Shown: positions 28,377 through 38,700 of the stretch, piece by piece
Layout of the letters: each line of letters begins with the position of its first letter
How positions within the stretch are numbered: position 1 is the first letter of the stretch
IMG/VR virus record: IMGVR_UViG_2595698902_000001
Coordinates: 160,001-224,000 of that record
Source: a virus
Taxonomy: Duplodnaviria > Caudoviricetes
Strand: one strand, 5' to 3'
Length of the DNA: 64,000 bases
The notes under the pieces: model-generated
What the model saw: the letters and a program-made list of their open reading frames with translations, nothing else
The model's database searches: none
Told to the model about the DNA's origin: nothing
Position numbers and translations under genes: made by a program

Positions 28377-28385
28377 GAATAAACC

Positions 28386-29435
28386 ATGCCGATGACGAGA
28401 GTTCCAACGAATATGATTCGTGCTCCCGGCGAGCGCGATGCAAGTATTCTTGAAGTTAAAAACGAACGTCTTTCTGCAACCGCTCCAGTAGACGCAGACG
28501 TATCGGAAATTTCCGGTGGCCTTTATGACGAAACGCAGGGTGTAATTACTTTGCGTTTTTACAATGGCCAAGAATTGCGTATTACTGGCCTTCCAGTTCC
28601 GTCGCGAATTCCTGTAGGCCCTACGGGGCCGCAGGGTTTGCCGGGATTGGATGGGAAAAATGGTAAAGACGGACGCGACGGTGCGCCCGGTCCTGCTGGC
28701 TGCGAAGGCCCTCAAGGTGTAATTGGTCAAACTGGGCCAAAAGGTGAAACCGGGCGAACTGGACAACCGGGGCCAGCTGGACCTACCGGGCCAACCGGAC
28801 CGCAAGGTTTACAAGGTCCAATGGGGCCAACCGGACCACAAGGGCCAGAGGGACCACAGGGGCCACGCGGCGAACAAGGCCCGCAGGGAAGGCCCGGACC
28901 AAAAGGCCCGGAAGGTTATATGAACATTATTGTTTCCACGACCGAACCGGAAGAAAAAGATCGTGTAGATGGTTTACTTTGGGTAAATCCAAACGCAGAT
29001 TATGCGTGTGGTGACGAACCTATCTCTACGCGCCCAAGTCGTATCGCTGACGTTGCGTCGGATTTGATTTGCGGCCCGGCTAGCGTGTATTACACCCAAG
29101 GCCCGGCAGGCGTAACCAACGCACAAAAAGACCAAATCATTCAAGCGTATTACACAATTCCAAATGGCCTTGGCCGTTGCCCGGAATTGGATGGTTGGAT
29201 TTTCTGGCAAAACCACTTGGTCGGTCTGCCGCCTGCGCAAAAAGTGTTTACCATTGCGGAGGTTGTTGCACTTATCCATAAAGCTGGCGTTGAAAACAAC
29301 GAAGGTGGCAGTAAAAGCCGCGCCACTGTTAACGCGAAATGTCGTGCATCTGCTGACGCGTTGCTTGGCGCTGGTACTTACTCGGACGCTACGTTTATTG
29401 TTGGTTCCGGCAACCAGTGCGCCATTACCTATTAA
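28386..29435 (+). CDS. Collagen-like fibre protein 2 with DUF4214-like C-terminus
   Basis: Long Gly-X-Y run; IIQAYY...[13 protein letters not shown]. Confidence 0.8.
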   Translation: MPMTRVPTNMIRAPGERDASILEVKNERLSATAPVDADVSEISGGLYDETQGVITLRFYNGQELRITGLPVPSRIPVGPTGPQGLPGLDGKNGKDGRDGAPGPAGCEGPQGVIGQTGPKGETGRTGQPGPAGPTGPTGPQGLQGPMGPTGPQGPEGPQGPRGEQGPQGRPGPKGPEGYMNIIVSTTEPEEKDRVDGLLWVNPNADYACGDEPISTRPSRIADVASDLICGPASVYYTQGPAGVTNAQKDQIIQAYYTIPNGLGRCPELDGWIFWQNHLVGLPPAQKVFTIAEVVALIHKAGVENNEGGSKSRATVNAKCRASADALLGAGTYSDATFIVGSGNQCAITY

Positions 29436-29444
29436 AGGTGTCGT

Positions 29445-29966
29445 ATGTCTAGTTCTTTAACGAAATTGCCAGTCAATATGCTGGTCGCTCGCGGACGTAC
29501 AGGCGGAAACCTAAAAAATACAGGTTCCTCGGTACAGGTTGCGCAAAGCGACGATGCTGAATTTCCGGTGCTTGTTTCGGGATCGGTGAACCAGTTAAAT
29601 GGTACATTGGTTCTAGTAATGTCCAACGGAGAAAAGATTGAGATTAGCGGATTGTTTACCGCAAACTCAATTGTGCAAGGCCCGCCCGGTCCGCGTGGTT
29701 TTCCCGGTAATGACGGGCGCGACGGAACAAACGGGCGCGATGGTGAACAGGGTGCAACAGGTTGCCAAGGCCCACCCGGTCCTCGCGGTGATACAGGCCC
29801 CGAAGGTCCACGCGGTCCGCAAGGTATCCAAGGCCCGCCCGGTCCAAAAGGTGAACCGGGACCGCGTGGTTCTGATGGCTTTGTGCAGGTTTATATTCAA
29901 TCGCAAGACCCCAGTGCGCAGGAAGGTAGCGTAGTAAAAGCCGGTGCGCTCTGGATAAAGCCGTAA
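29445..29966 (+). CDS. Collagen-like fibre protein 3
   Basis: Gly-X-Y run, shared N-terminal module, ends GALWIKP. Confidence 0.85.
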   Translation: MSSSLTKLPVNMLVARGRTGGNLKNTGSSVQVAQSDDAEFPVLVSGSVNQLNGTLVLVMSNGEKIEISGLFTANSIVQGPPGPRGFPGNDGRDGTNGRDGEQGATGCQGPPGPRGDTGPEGPRGPQGIQGPPGPKGEPGPRGSDGFVQVYIQSQDPSAQEGSVVKAGALWIKP

Positions 29967-29969
29967 TGG

Positions 29970-29997
29970 AAAAGGGGCCTTAAAAAGCCCCTTTTTT
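29970..29997 (+). terminator. Rho-independent terminator
   Basis: AAAAGGGGC-CTTAAAAA-GCCCCTTTTTT. Confidence 0.8.
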
Positions 29998-30042
29998 GTT
30001 TGCGAATAATTTAAATGTATTAAACAACTGTGGGACTTACCA

Positions 30043-33000
30043 ATGAGCGATTTAAGAGCGCTGTCTCCGAACGGCGCATGGCTCAACATTTGCGAAAGCG
30101 AATGGAAAGTTTTGCAAGAGGATGGAACGTGGAAGGAGATTGAGCCGGGCAATGATTTGCGCGTGCGCCACGGTTCCAACGATTATTGGCTGCAAATTAA
30201 TTGCGATTTAGATGTGGGTTATTGCCCACCAGAACAGCTTGCTGGTTGCTGGCCCGGTTACAGCGGAAACTTTGATTCTGCTGAATTCAAAATCGGTGGC
30301 CCGACTGGTTATCTCGTTTGCGATTGCGACGGCCTGAATTGCAAAACATACACTGGCCACACGCCGGATTATGATAAGGCGGGCGGTCGCTTTTTCTCTA
30401 CTGCGCCAGTTGTCGAAAACACGGTTGCGCATTCCCTGCCTACGACTTTGTTTGGTTCGTCTGAGGCAGAAATCACTGAAATGTTGGTATATGCTGGTGA
30501 ACGATCTGGACACATTGAAGTCAGTTTGCATGATCTTGACCCCGGTGTGCGTGTACGTATTTACAACGATTGCGTTCTACTCGGGGACTCGGACGTAAGC
30601 GGTCCGTTTTTCAACGTTTTCTTTACCACGGAAATTCCGAAAAAAGCGGTAGAGGAAGACCCGTGCGGCGATCCGCCTGTACCGAATAAATTCTTGACCG
30701 TTCGTGTGGATGCTCCGACCGGTCGCCGCTGGCGTGTAAAACTGGGTGCGGTTTCCGTAGTGCAGGCCACCAACTATGAACGCCCAGCGCCGTGCTTTGG
30801 CACTTTCGGTCCTAGCTTGCCTTGCTTTGTAAACGATCAAAACAACGTTATTCCGGGCGAAGCCGTTTACGAAAACGTGCATATCCTTGAAGGCATTTCT
30901 GGCCGTGTTGATATCGACCTGACTGTTAACGGCCCCGAGCCTGTTAAGTTCGAGGTTTTCTACAACGGTGGTTTGATCGGTACTCACGTAACAGGCAATA
31001 GTGAAACGCTTCTGAAATTCGCGTCTACTCTGACGTTCAATTTCAATCCGGTTGGCGGTGATCAGTTTATTGTCGTTCGGTATAGCGCTCCGCGTGCGTA
31101 CAATTCGTGGACATATTCCATGTATTGCCCGACCATGCAGGGTTCGCGTATCAACATGCGCCGCCCTATGCAGGTTCCGAACGACGTTTTGTGTTTGCCG
31201 CTGAATGAAAGTTTGGCGCCAGCGCATGCGGTTACTGGTCGAGGTGCGCACACTTCTGATATTTACTACAATTACGCTGGCTACAGTTTGGGCGATATTG
31301 TCGTAGAATTCTTTGCGCCGGACGAAGTGCAATTCGTATTTTTCCAAGGCAATTACCCGAACGAGACAATTCTATCTGGCACCACGTCCGTGGTTAACGG
31401 CCATCGTCGTTTCTATTTCCGCTTTGATCCGCGAAATGGTACGACCGTTCACGTTCGCGTAGTTGGCCCGTGCTGCCCTGATTGGATTTTCACAATGTCC
31501 AATCCTGTACCGCCGCCAGTTATTGACGTTTTTGATGCGTCGATTGTGCGCGGTCGTGCTGGTCAAGTTTCTCTGCTTTGCTTCGACGTGAAGCTGCGAA
31601 ACAAAACACCAAAACGCGTTACGTTCGATTGGAATACAGCGCCATTAACTGCAATTGTTTCCACTGACGGCACCTGTACTGTAACTGAGGATGTTCCTGA
31701 TTCGCCGTTCTGTAATATCGTCGGCACGGGTGGCGTGCGTGGCGGCAGTTATTCCAACGACCACAATATCGGATATTCCTGCTCGCGAATTTCCAGTACG
31801 TTGCATAGTCCCAACTGCGCGCAAGGTGGCCAGTATTATGTGGTAGAAACGGATTTCAATTTTCCGTATACCGGCACATATACCGTGGTTGGTACGGCGG
31901 ATGACTGTATCGACGTTTACGTTGCCTGTAAGCACGTTCTGGCAGGCCCTCGCGGCACCGGCCAATGGGAACGAACTCACAGAGCCACGTTTACCGCAGA
32001 AGCTGGATGGAATACCGTTTCCGCAATGTACCTCAACATTCCGAACTGTACGCCGGGCTGGGTTAAGTTCGTTATTTTGAATAGCAGCGGACAAGTTATT
32101 TTTGCAACCAATCCAGACGCGTACACATGGCGCTCTAAAGCAGGCGCAATTACCGTCGAACCTCCACCTGTGCCAATGGTTTACGGTGCCGATTACAATC
32201 AGGTAAAAGGCAGCGGCGCAATTGAACCGTGTACCGATTCCACGCGGGTTTGTGTGCCTATTTGCGGCACGAATTTGATGGGGCCTGACGTTACGTTCCA
32301 GCTCAGTTTGAGCAAAGTTGTAAACGCAGAAATTGGCGATCTTGTCGCAATCGGCACAATCAAAAACGGCAACCAGTACAGCTGCGATCAAAATACGTCG
32401 CTCACTGTATATGATGCAGGTTTGAATGGCTACGTAAACCGTGGCGCGCATTCCATGTTTGTTAATCAATTGATTGGCAACTCTGGTGCAACCTACGTGA
32501 TGGATGCGGATATTAATATTCCTGCATCTGGTTTGTACACGATTTATTTCCACGGTATCGACTACGCGGAATTTTTCATTGACTGCAATCGGGTAGCGGT
32601 GTCCTCGGGTTCGGCTGTTCGTATTCGTACACCGCTGAATAGTGGTGTGCGGAAATGCCATATCAACTACTCCACTGCATCGCTAAACGGTTTGCGTACC
32701 GGCTATGCTGCTGTGGCAATTGTTGACTCGTTAAACCGTGTAGTTTACGCGTCTCTTCCTGCGCACTGGCGTGGACGCATTGCGAGTGCAGGTTCGCCAC
32801 CCAGCTGTGTGCAATTCCCACCATGCGCGCCGATTAGTGGTAACTCGATTCAACAACAAAATTCTGGCGGTGGCGGTTCTACCAACTTCACCGTCGGTTA
32901 CGGCGCCGTGCAGGTGCGTAGTTCTTTGCATGGAAACGGCTCACAGCCGAACGGCGTTAGCTACACGTTGCAATTTAGGCCGACATTACCGGCAGGCTCG

Positions 33001-33693
33001 TATACGTTGGTGTGGTCGTGTGACGATGAAGGTGATTTCTATGTGAATTGCCAACACGTTGCATCGAAGCGTTCCGGTTGGCGTACAATTCAGCGAAATG
33101 CGTTCTACATTTCCGATGGATCAAAACCGACAACCATGTCCCTCGTCTACAGAAACACGGGCGGTTCTGTTATGTGGACGAACTTTGCAATTCTCAACGC
33201 GGCGGGAACCGCTGTATTGGTTTCTAGCCCAAGTCTGCCAAATGGTGCGTCGGCGGCAGGAAACGCAGTGGCTGCAACTAGCGCGGCGCCGCTTTACGAA
33301 ACCAATATGGGCGGACGTTATGTGCAGCATTACAGCACGTCGGCATACGGTGGTGGCCCTTCGTACCAGTGGTATATCGCAGAACAAGAAATCAATATTC
33401 CTGCTAACGGCCAATACCGTTTGGTAATGGGGCAGGATTTGGAATCTATGCAGATTTATATTGATTGCGCTCTGCGCGGCCAAGCGTTGGATACCACGTC
33501 GGGTTCCTCCGGTTTGTTCACGCTGCGCGCCGGTCCTAACCGATTCATTGTGCGGAAATATAACGCCCGCTCCGACAAACAAGACTGGTGGTGGTTCGAT
33601 CTGTACGATGCTGCCGGTAATCTGGTTTATCGTAGCCGCGCCGCTGGTTGGAAAGCTGCCGCACGCGACATGAATTTCTCGGGTATTTCTTAA
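30043..33693 (+). CDS. Cys-rich adhesin-like virion protein with a Calx-beta-like domain and four PA14-like modules
   Basis: GTYTVVGTADD, GLYTIYFHGID, GSYTLVWSCDD and GQYRLVMGQD repeats; split Calx-beta signature. Confidence 0.7.
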   Translation: MSDLRALSPNGAWLNICESEWKVLQEDGTWKEIEPGNDLRVRHGSNDYWLQINCDLDVGYCPPEQLAGCWPGYSGNFDSAEFKIGGPTGYLVCDCDGLNCKTYTGHTPDYDKAGGRFFSTAPVVENTVAHSLPTTLFGSSEAEITEMLVYAGERSGHIEVSLHDLDPGVRVRIYNDCVLLGDSDVSGPFFNVFFTTEIPKKAVEEDPCGDPPVPNKFLTVRVDAPTGRRWRVKLGAVSVVQATNYERPAPCFGTFGPSLPCFVNDQNNVIPGEAVYENVHILEGISGRVDIDLTVNGPEPVKFEVFYNGGLIGTHVTGNSETLLKFASTLTFNFNPVGGDQFIVVRYSAPRAYNSWTYSMYCPTMQGSRINMRRPMQVPNDVLCLPLNESLAPAHAVTGRGAHTSDIYYNYAGYSLGDIVVEFFAPDEVQFVFFQGNYPNETILSGTTSVVNGHRRFYFRFDPRNGTTVHVRVVGPCCPDWIFTMSNPVPPPVIDVFDASIVRGRAGQVSLLCFDVKLRNKTPKRVTFDWNTAPLTAIVSTDGTCTVTEDVPDSPFCNIVGTGGVRGGSYSNDHNIGYSCSRISSTLHSPNCAQGGQYYVVETDFNFPYTGTYTVVGTADDCIDVYVACKHVLAGPRGTGQWERTHRATFTAEAGWNTVSAMYLNIPNCTPGWVKFVILNSSGQVIFATNPDAYTWRSKAGAITVEPPPVPMVYGADYNQVKGSGAIEPCTDSTRVCVPICGTNLMGPDVTFQLSLSKVVNAEIGDLVAIGTIKNGNQYSCDQNTSLTVYDAGLNGYVNRGAHSMFVNQLIGNSGATYVMDADINIPASGLYTIYFHGIDYAEFFIDCNRVAVSSGSAVRIRTPLNSGVRKCHINYSTASLNGLRTGYAAVAIVDSLNRVVYASLPAHWRGRIASAGSPPSCVQFPPCAPISGNSIQQQNSGGGGSTNFTVGYGAVQVRSSLHGNGSQPNGVSYTLQFRPTLPAGSYTLVWSCDDEGDFYVNCQHVASKRSGWRTIQRNAFYISDGSKPTTMSLVYRNTGGSVMWTNFAILNAAGTAVLVSSPSLPNGASAAGNAVAATSAAPLYETNMGGRYVQHYSTSAYGGGPSYQWYIAEQEINIPANGQYRLVMGQDLESMQIYIDCALRGQALDTTSGSSGLFTLRAGPNRFIVRKYNARSDKQDWWWFDLYDAAGNLVYRSRAAGWKAAARDMNFSGIS

Positions 33694-33702
33694 AGGTGAT
33701 TT

Positions 33703-35730
33703 ATGCCCCGGTTAACTAAAATTTCGCCGTCGATGATTTCCACACAGGGATCGAATGTCGGCGACGTGCTCAAGGATGACGGGATTAAATATTCCCCGAA
33801 TCCTGAGCGTGTGCATATTACTGGCGCTGTAAAAAGCGCCTCGTATGACAAAGAAACTGGCGTATTTCGTATCGTAAACAGTGACGACTCTGAAATCGTT
33901 GTAACTGGTTTGCCTACTTCGTCAAATATTGGGGTTGGCGCTACCGGCCCAACTGGCCCGCAAGGCGCAAAAGGAGATAACGGAAGAAATGGTAAAGATG
34001 GGCGCGATGGTCCTGCGGGCTGTATTGGCCCGAAAGGTGATGCAGGCCCTGCTGGTCCTCCCGGTGGTTATGGCGGTATCGGCCCCCGTGGCCCAGTAGG
34101 CGCAACAGGTCCGCAAGGCCCGCAAGGTTTACCCGGTGAAAAAGGCCCGATTGGTCCTACCGGGCCTGCTGGCCCTACGGGGCCTAGCGGTGGCGCTGGT
34201 CAAATTGGCCCTACCGGTCCACAAGGAATTATTGGTTTAACTGGTGCAACCGGTCCAACTGGCCCGCAAGGCGAAATTGGCCCGATTGGTCCTACTGGTC
34301 CAAAAGGTGAAAGCGGAACGGAAGGTGCAACCGGTTTGCAAGGCCCGCCCGGTGAACCCGGTCCTGCTGGCGTTGGTTTGCCCGGTCCGCCCGGAGCATC
34401 TGCAATTTTCACCAATGATTTTTGGACGCACGAAAACCCGTCTGTTGGTCGCTACGGTTCCATTGAAGTCGGCGACAAAACAATGGAAATTATGGGCACC
34501 TATAAATCCAGTTCGTCGGTGCAGGATATTTCTCTAACACTGCCGTTTAATGGAAAGGGTGCGCGTCGTGCAATTGCGTACATTAGTTTCAACAAATTCC
34601 CTACGGAATTGCGCACGACCGGTAACTACACGGCGACCGTTGAAAACACGATAGACGGTGATACTTCCTGTACGTTGAAGTTCAACGGCACGGTTCCTTT
34701 TGCGTCCCTTGATTTCAACTGGCGTGTGGCTCTGCTTTCCACTTCGCCTACGCCAGATTTGAATGCGCAAAATGGTTATCTTGATGTTGAGCGTCCGGGC
34801 GCCGGATACACCGCGCCTATGACGTTCTCGATTGCAGCCACTGCGGAATCTGATGAAACAATCGTGACTGAATACGAAACTGTTTCTGATACCAGTGTCG
34901 GCACCATGATCGATGCACCAAATACCGTGGATATTTTCAACCGCTGGCAGCGTGCGGCGGGTGGTGATTACTTCGGCACTTCGGTAACGGTTCCGCTGTC
35001 GAACGATGCTTCCACTTTGCTGTTCGATAATAACCGAATTGAAGTGCAGCGCAATACCACAAACTACACCATGCTGCTGTCGCCCGTTTCTTACAAGAAA
35101 TTCGATTATCAATGTGTTGTAGGTTCGCAGGACAACGATGACGATGCCATCGGTATGGTTGTCGCGTTTGCCCGCGTGGATGGCGTAAACCATTCCATTC
35201 TGGCAATGCGTAACCGTGGTGGCGCGGGTGGCCTCGCTCCGCTGAAAAACTTCATGCTGATTTACGTGCGCAATAACACAATTGTGCGCAACCTCGGCTC
35301 GGCGGATATTGGTACGGGTACTGGCGCATGGCGTGACCACACGACGAAAATTCGTGTAGTGCGAAATGGCGATTCCGTGCAGTGCTACGCAACGCCGTTT
35401 GATTCGACCGTTTTCGATCCTACGCCGCTGACTGTCGATTTGAGCAGCTCGCCAGACCTCGCCGTCTTCCGCGACTTCTGCCGGTTTGGTTTTGTTGCTT
35501 ACTCGCAAGCATTTGCCTACTTTGACGATATCGATTTTGTGCAGCCTGCAAATCCTGATTATGTCACTACGTATGGTTCGGTCGCAATTGCGCCGGGCGA
35601 TATCGAGGCAGAAGTGGCAGTGACCATTAACGGCACCGATGCAGTTCCGAACACTGGTTCTGTAATGCTGCGAATTGCAAACGCAAGAAATGCCAAGATT
35701 GTTAACGCAATCGGCACCGGCAATTTCTGA
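33703..35730 (+). CDS. Collagen-like fibre protein 4 with Calx-beta-like and thrombospondin-C-like lectin domains
   Basis: Longest Gly-X-Y run; [13 protein letters not shown]; [26 protein letters not shown]. Confidence 0.75.
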   Translation: MPRLTKISPSMISTQGSNVGDVLKDDGIKYSPNPERVHITGAVKSASYDKETGVFRIVNSDDSEIVVTGLPTSSNIGVGATGPTGPQGAKGDNGRNGKDGRDGPAGCIGPKGDAGPAGPPGGYGGIGPRGPVGATGPQGPQGLPGEKGPIGPTGPAGPTGPSGGAGQIGPTGPQGIIGLTGATGPTGPQGEIGPIGPTGPKGESGTEGATGLQGPPGEPGPAGVGLPGPPGASAIFTNDFWTHENPSVGRYGSIEVGDKTMEIMGTYKSSSSVQDISLTLPFNGKGARRAIAYISFNKFPTELRTTGNYTATVENTIDGDTSCTLKFNGTVPFASLDFNWRVALLSTSPTPDLNAQNGYLDVERPGAGYTAPMTFSIAATAESDETIVTEYETVSDTSVGTMIDAPNTVDIFNRWQRAAGGDYFGTSVTVPLSNDASTLLFDNNRIEVQRNTTNYTMLLSPVSYKKFDYQCVVGSQDNDDDAIGMVVAFARVDGVNHSILAMRNRGGAGGLAPLKNFMLIYVRNNTIVRNLGSADIGTGTGAWRDHTTKIRVVRNGDSVQCYATPFDSTVFDPTPLTVDLSSSPDLAVFRDFCRFGFVAYSQAFAYFDDIDFVQPANPDYVTTYGSVAIAPGDIEAEVAVTINGTDAVPNTGSVMLRIANARNAKIVNAIGTGNF

Positions 35731-35734
35731 CGAT

Positions 35735-35773
35735 AGGGGCCTTCGATAAGGGGGCCTTTTTCTAGGCCCCTTT
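35735..35773 (+). terminator. Intergenic hairpin(s)
   Basis: GGGGCCT...AGGCCCCTTT with two possible 5' arms, next to RBS GGAG. Confidence 0.55.
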
Positions 35774-35782
35774 GGAGTTTTT

Positions 35783-38700
35783 ATGGCAAAACTTATAGGC
35801 ACCGCGCAGGCCACATCATCGTTTCCTGATTATGGATCGGGCGCAGCCGCTTCCGTACAAGACGGCAATATTGCAACCGCGTGGTCTTCTGGCACCGCAT
35901 ACGCGGCGACTGATATTATTGCTTTTGTTTTTCCAGAAGCAGTAAAACTACGAACGCTTAAAGTTCTATTTCGTTCGTGGGCACGAACTATCCAAATCGG
36001 CTATGCAGACGCATGGTCTACAAGCAAAGCTGCGTATACCATTGCCCGCACAGTTGATACGCACGCTACGGCCTCTACTACCGGCGACAGCACCGATGCC
36101 AACGGCAAAGCGTGGTATGCGCCTGCCGGGCCTGCTAGTAGCTATGATGCGGCAAACGTTATCGCACTTCCTGATAATGAAGTTTACGCAAAAGTTTGGG
36201 CGCTTTTTGCTCCCAACGTAGCCTCCGGTTTGGGAGGTGCCACAGGCTCCGTAGACCGGCTGCGTATTTATGAAATGGAAATGTTTGATGACGATAGTTT
36301 GGTATCGTTTGAAAGGCGTCCCGTAAACCCAAGGGTTCCTTTGCCGGCTCCGTCCGCTCCGTATACGGCAGTTCCTAACTCCAAATGGACACGCACGGAA
36401 TATTCCACGGTCGGGCAGCATTCGTTTACGCCGAAACCTGATACCACGCTGGTATTAGCTATCGCAGTTGGTGCCGGTGCGGCTGGTTTTATTGAAACTG
36501 ACGTAGACGGGAATAGCAGCCCGCTAACTTCGTCTTTGTTCGGCGGAAATACCAAAGTTTCTAACGCTGCCGGTCCTATTTTGGAAGCGGGCGGCGGTGG
36601 TGATCGCAGCGCTCCGCTTTTATCGTGGCAAGGCGGCACAATAGTAAACGATGTTAACGGCAGTTCCTCGGACTGGATTAGCGGCCAAGACTTACTAGGC
36701 AACAGCGCACCTTCTGGCGCACCTTCCAATTTCACCAATGGTACAGGCGGCGCAAACAGCAAAATTGGTGGTTTGGGCGGTACTGGTGGATTTACTATAC
36801 CCGCGGGCGCAATGAATGGCGACCTGCTATCCACCACAACGTTTACAGGCAGCGCAGCAATTGTCGGTATTTCCGTACAAAGCCAAGTAAACTTTTTCCG
36901 CGACGTTTCTTACGGGTATCGCAGTAACGGTTCCGTTAACGCAGGTGCAGGCTCCATTACCTTCACCCCGATTAAAATGGTCGCTGGGCAGAAACTTGTT
37001 TTAAACTTCACGAAAGTTTCTAACGGTGCGACCTACGCCTACATGAACGGCGTTCAGTTCGGTGTGGTAGGCGGAACGTCGGGCGGTTCATTTACGTTTA
37101 ACTGTACCGTGACGGGCATGTATACGTTGCAATACGTGCAAAACGGTTCGAGTACCGGACATTTTTCTGCAATTACCAGCCTTTCCATAACCTCTTACGG
37201 GTATGGCAGAAGCTCAGGCGGCGGCTCTGGTGGTGCAGCACTTGCGTATTTAATCCCCGAACCTTTGACGATTGACGTTGGTGCAGGCGGCACGCCTCTA
37301 ACTAGCGGTTATACAATTCCCGCAAATGCTGCGGGTGCGCGTGGTGGTGGCGGTGCGGCGGGCGGTGCTGGCGGTGACGGCGTTGTAATTGTTTACGAAT
37401 ATAGCGGACCTTTGCCTTCAGCGGTTCCGCCCGCACCAGTTTTTTCCAACTACAACACCGCACCGGGATCAACTGTAGCTGGTACATTCCGAACTGATTA
37501 TTTAGGCGAACGATCCACGGCCCTTTACAAAGACCCGACGCTGTATAATCACAGACTGCGGCCTTCGACAAAAACCGTTTTGTTTGTGATGGTTGGCGCG
37601 GGTGGTGGTGGCAACCTTGGCGCTAGTCTGAATTCCCCGCCGACAAAAGTAACGATTGGCGATAAACAATTTATTGCAGAGTCTGGTACTGGTGGGGGCA
37701 ACAGTGGTGGTGCCGGTGGTACGTTTAGTTCCGTACCGGGCGACATTGTAATTATGTCTTCTTCCGGCTCTGGCGGCATGGCTAGCTATCAGGGTTCGAC
37801 GTTACCGGATCAGGCTGTGGTTGCAGGTCGTTATGGTGGCGCGACCAGTAACACGTCGAGTTCAGTTAGTGGTGGTGGTACAGGTGCATATGCGTTTGCG
37901 GCCACTCAAGATTTGCCAGAAGACGGAATTATTCAGATTGAAGTAGCGAATACTTACCCGTCTAATGGTTTTGCTTACAGCAATATGGGTGGTGCGGTTT
38001 TCGTATATGAATCTGAAAGCGATTTCGGTCCGTTTATTTCGCAACTCAGCGAACAAACGCTGATCAAAAGCCCAACCTTTTCGCAGACACAAACCACTCA
38101 GGTTAGCGAGCAGGTTCTGGTAAAGGAAAAACAAACTGCTACGCAAATTTCGCAGGTTAGCGAGCAGACATTTATTCGCGCACGCTGGGCTGATACATGG
38201 ATTTCGCAGCTGTCCGAGCAGGTTTTAATCAGGGAAGATGAAAGCAATAACCCGCTGCAAGTTTCCTATGCAGACGTGGCTTACGTTGTCGATGCAACCG
38301 ATCCAGAAACGGCAGTAACACAACTTTCTCAGCAATCGTTGGTGCGGGATAAAGTAGCGGATACGTGGACTACGAATTCTGTACAGCAAATCCTGCTTAA
38401 AGCGTTCCCTGCAACTTTCCGATTTACGCAGGTTCCACAGCAGGTTTTGATTGCAGAAAACCCGTCCGTTTTCTTCATGAATTTCGGCACGCTGGAAAAC
38501 CCACGAAAGCACGTTTTGTATGATTCTCGGACAGCGCGTGCCACCTCGGTTCCCGAAGGCGCGGTCATTCAGCTGGAGGGCAATTTTGCGCCCGGTTCGT
38601 ACATGGTGATTAACGGTGTAAACGTCGGCCTGTCTAGTCCGATTTCCAATAACGATCAGGTGTCGCTGCATTCCGGCGTTACCAACTACTACCAAAAGTC

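Noticed and set aside
25430-34400. GGNCCN-rich quasi-repeats as a possible CRISPR or DNA repeat array
   Set aside because: They are explained by Gly-Pro-X collagen codons; there is no constant repeat with unique spacers.
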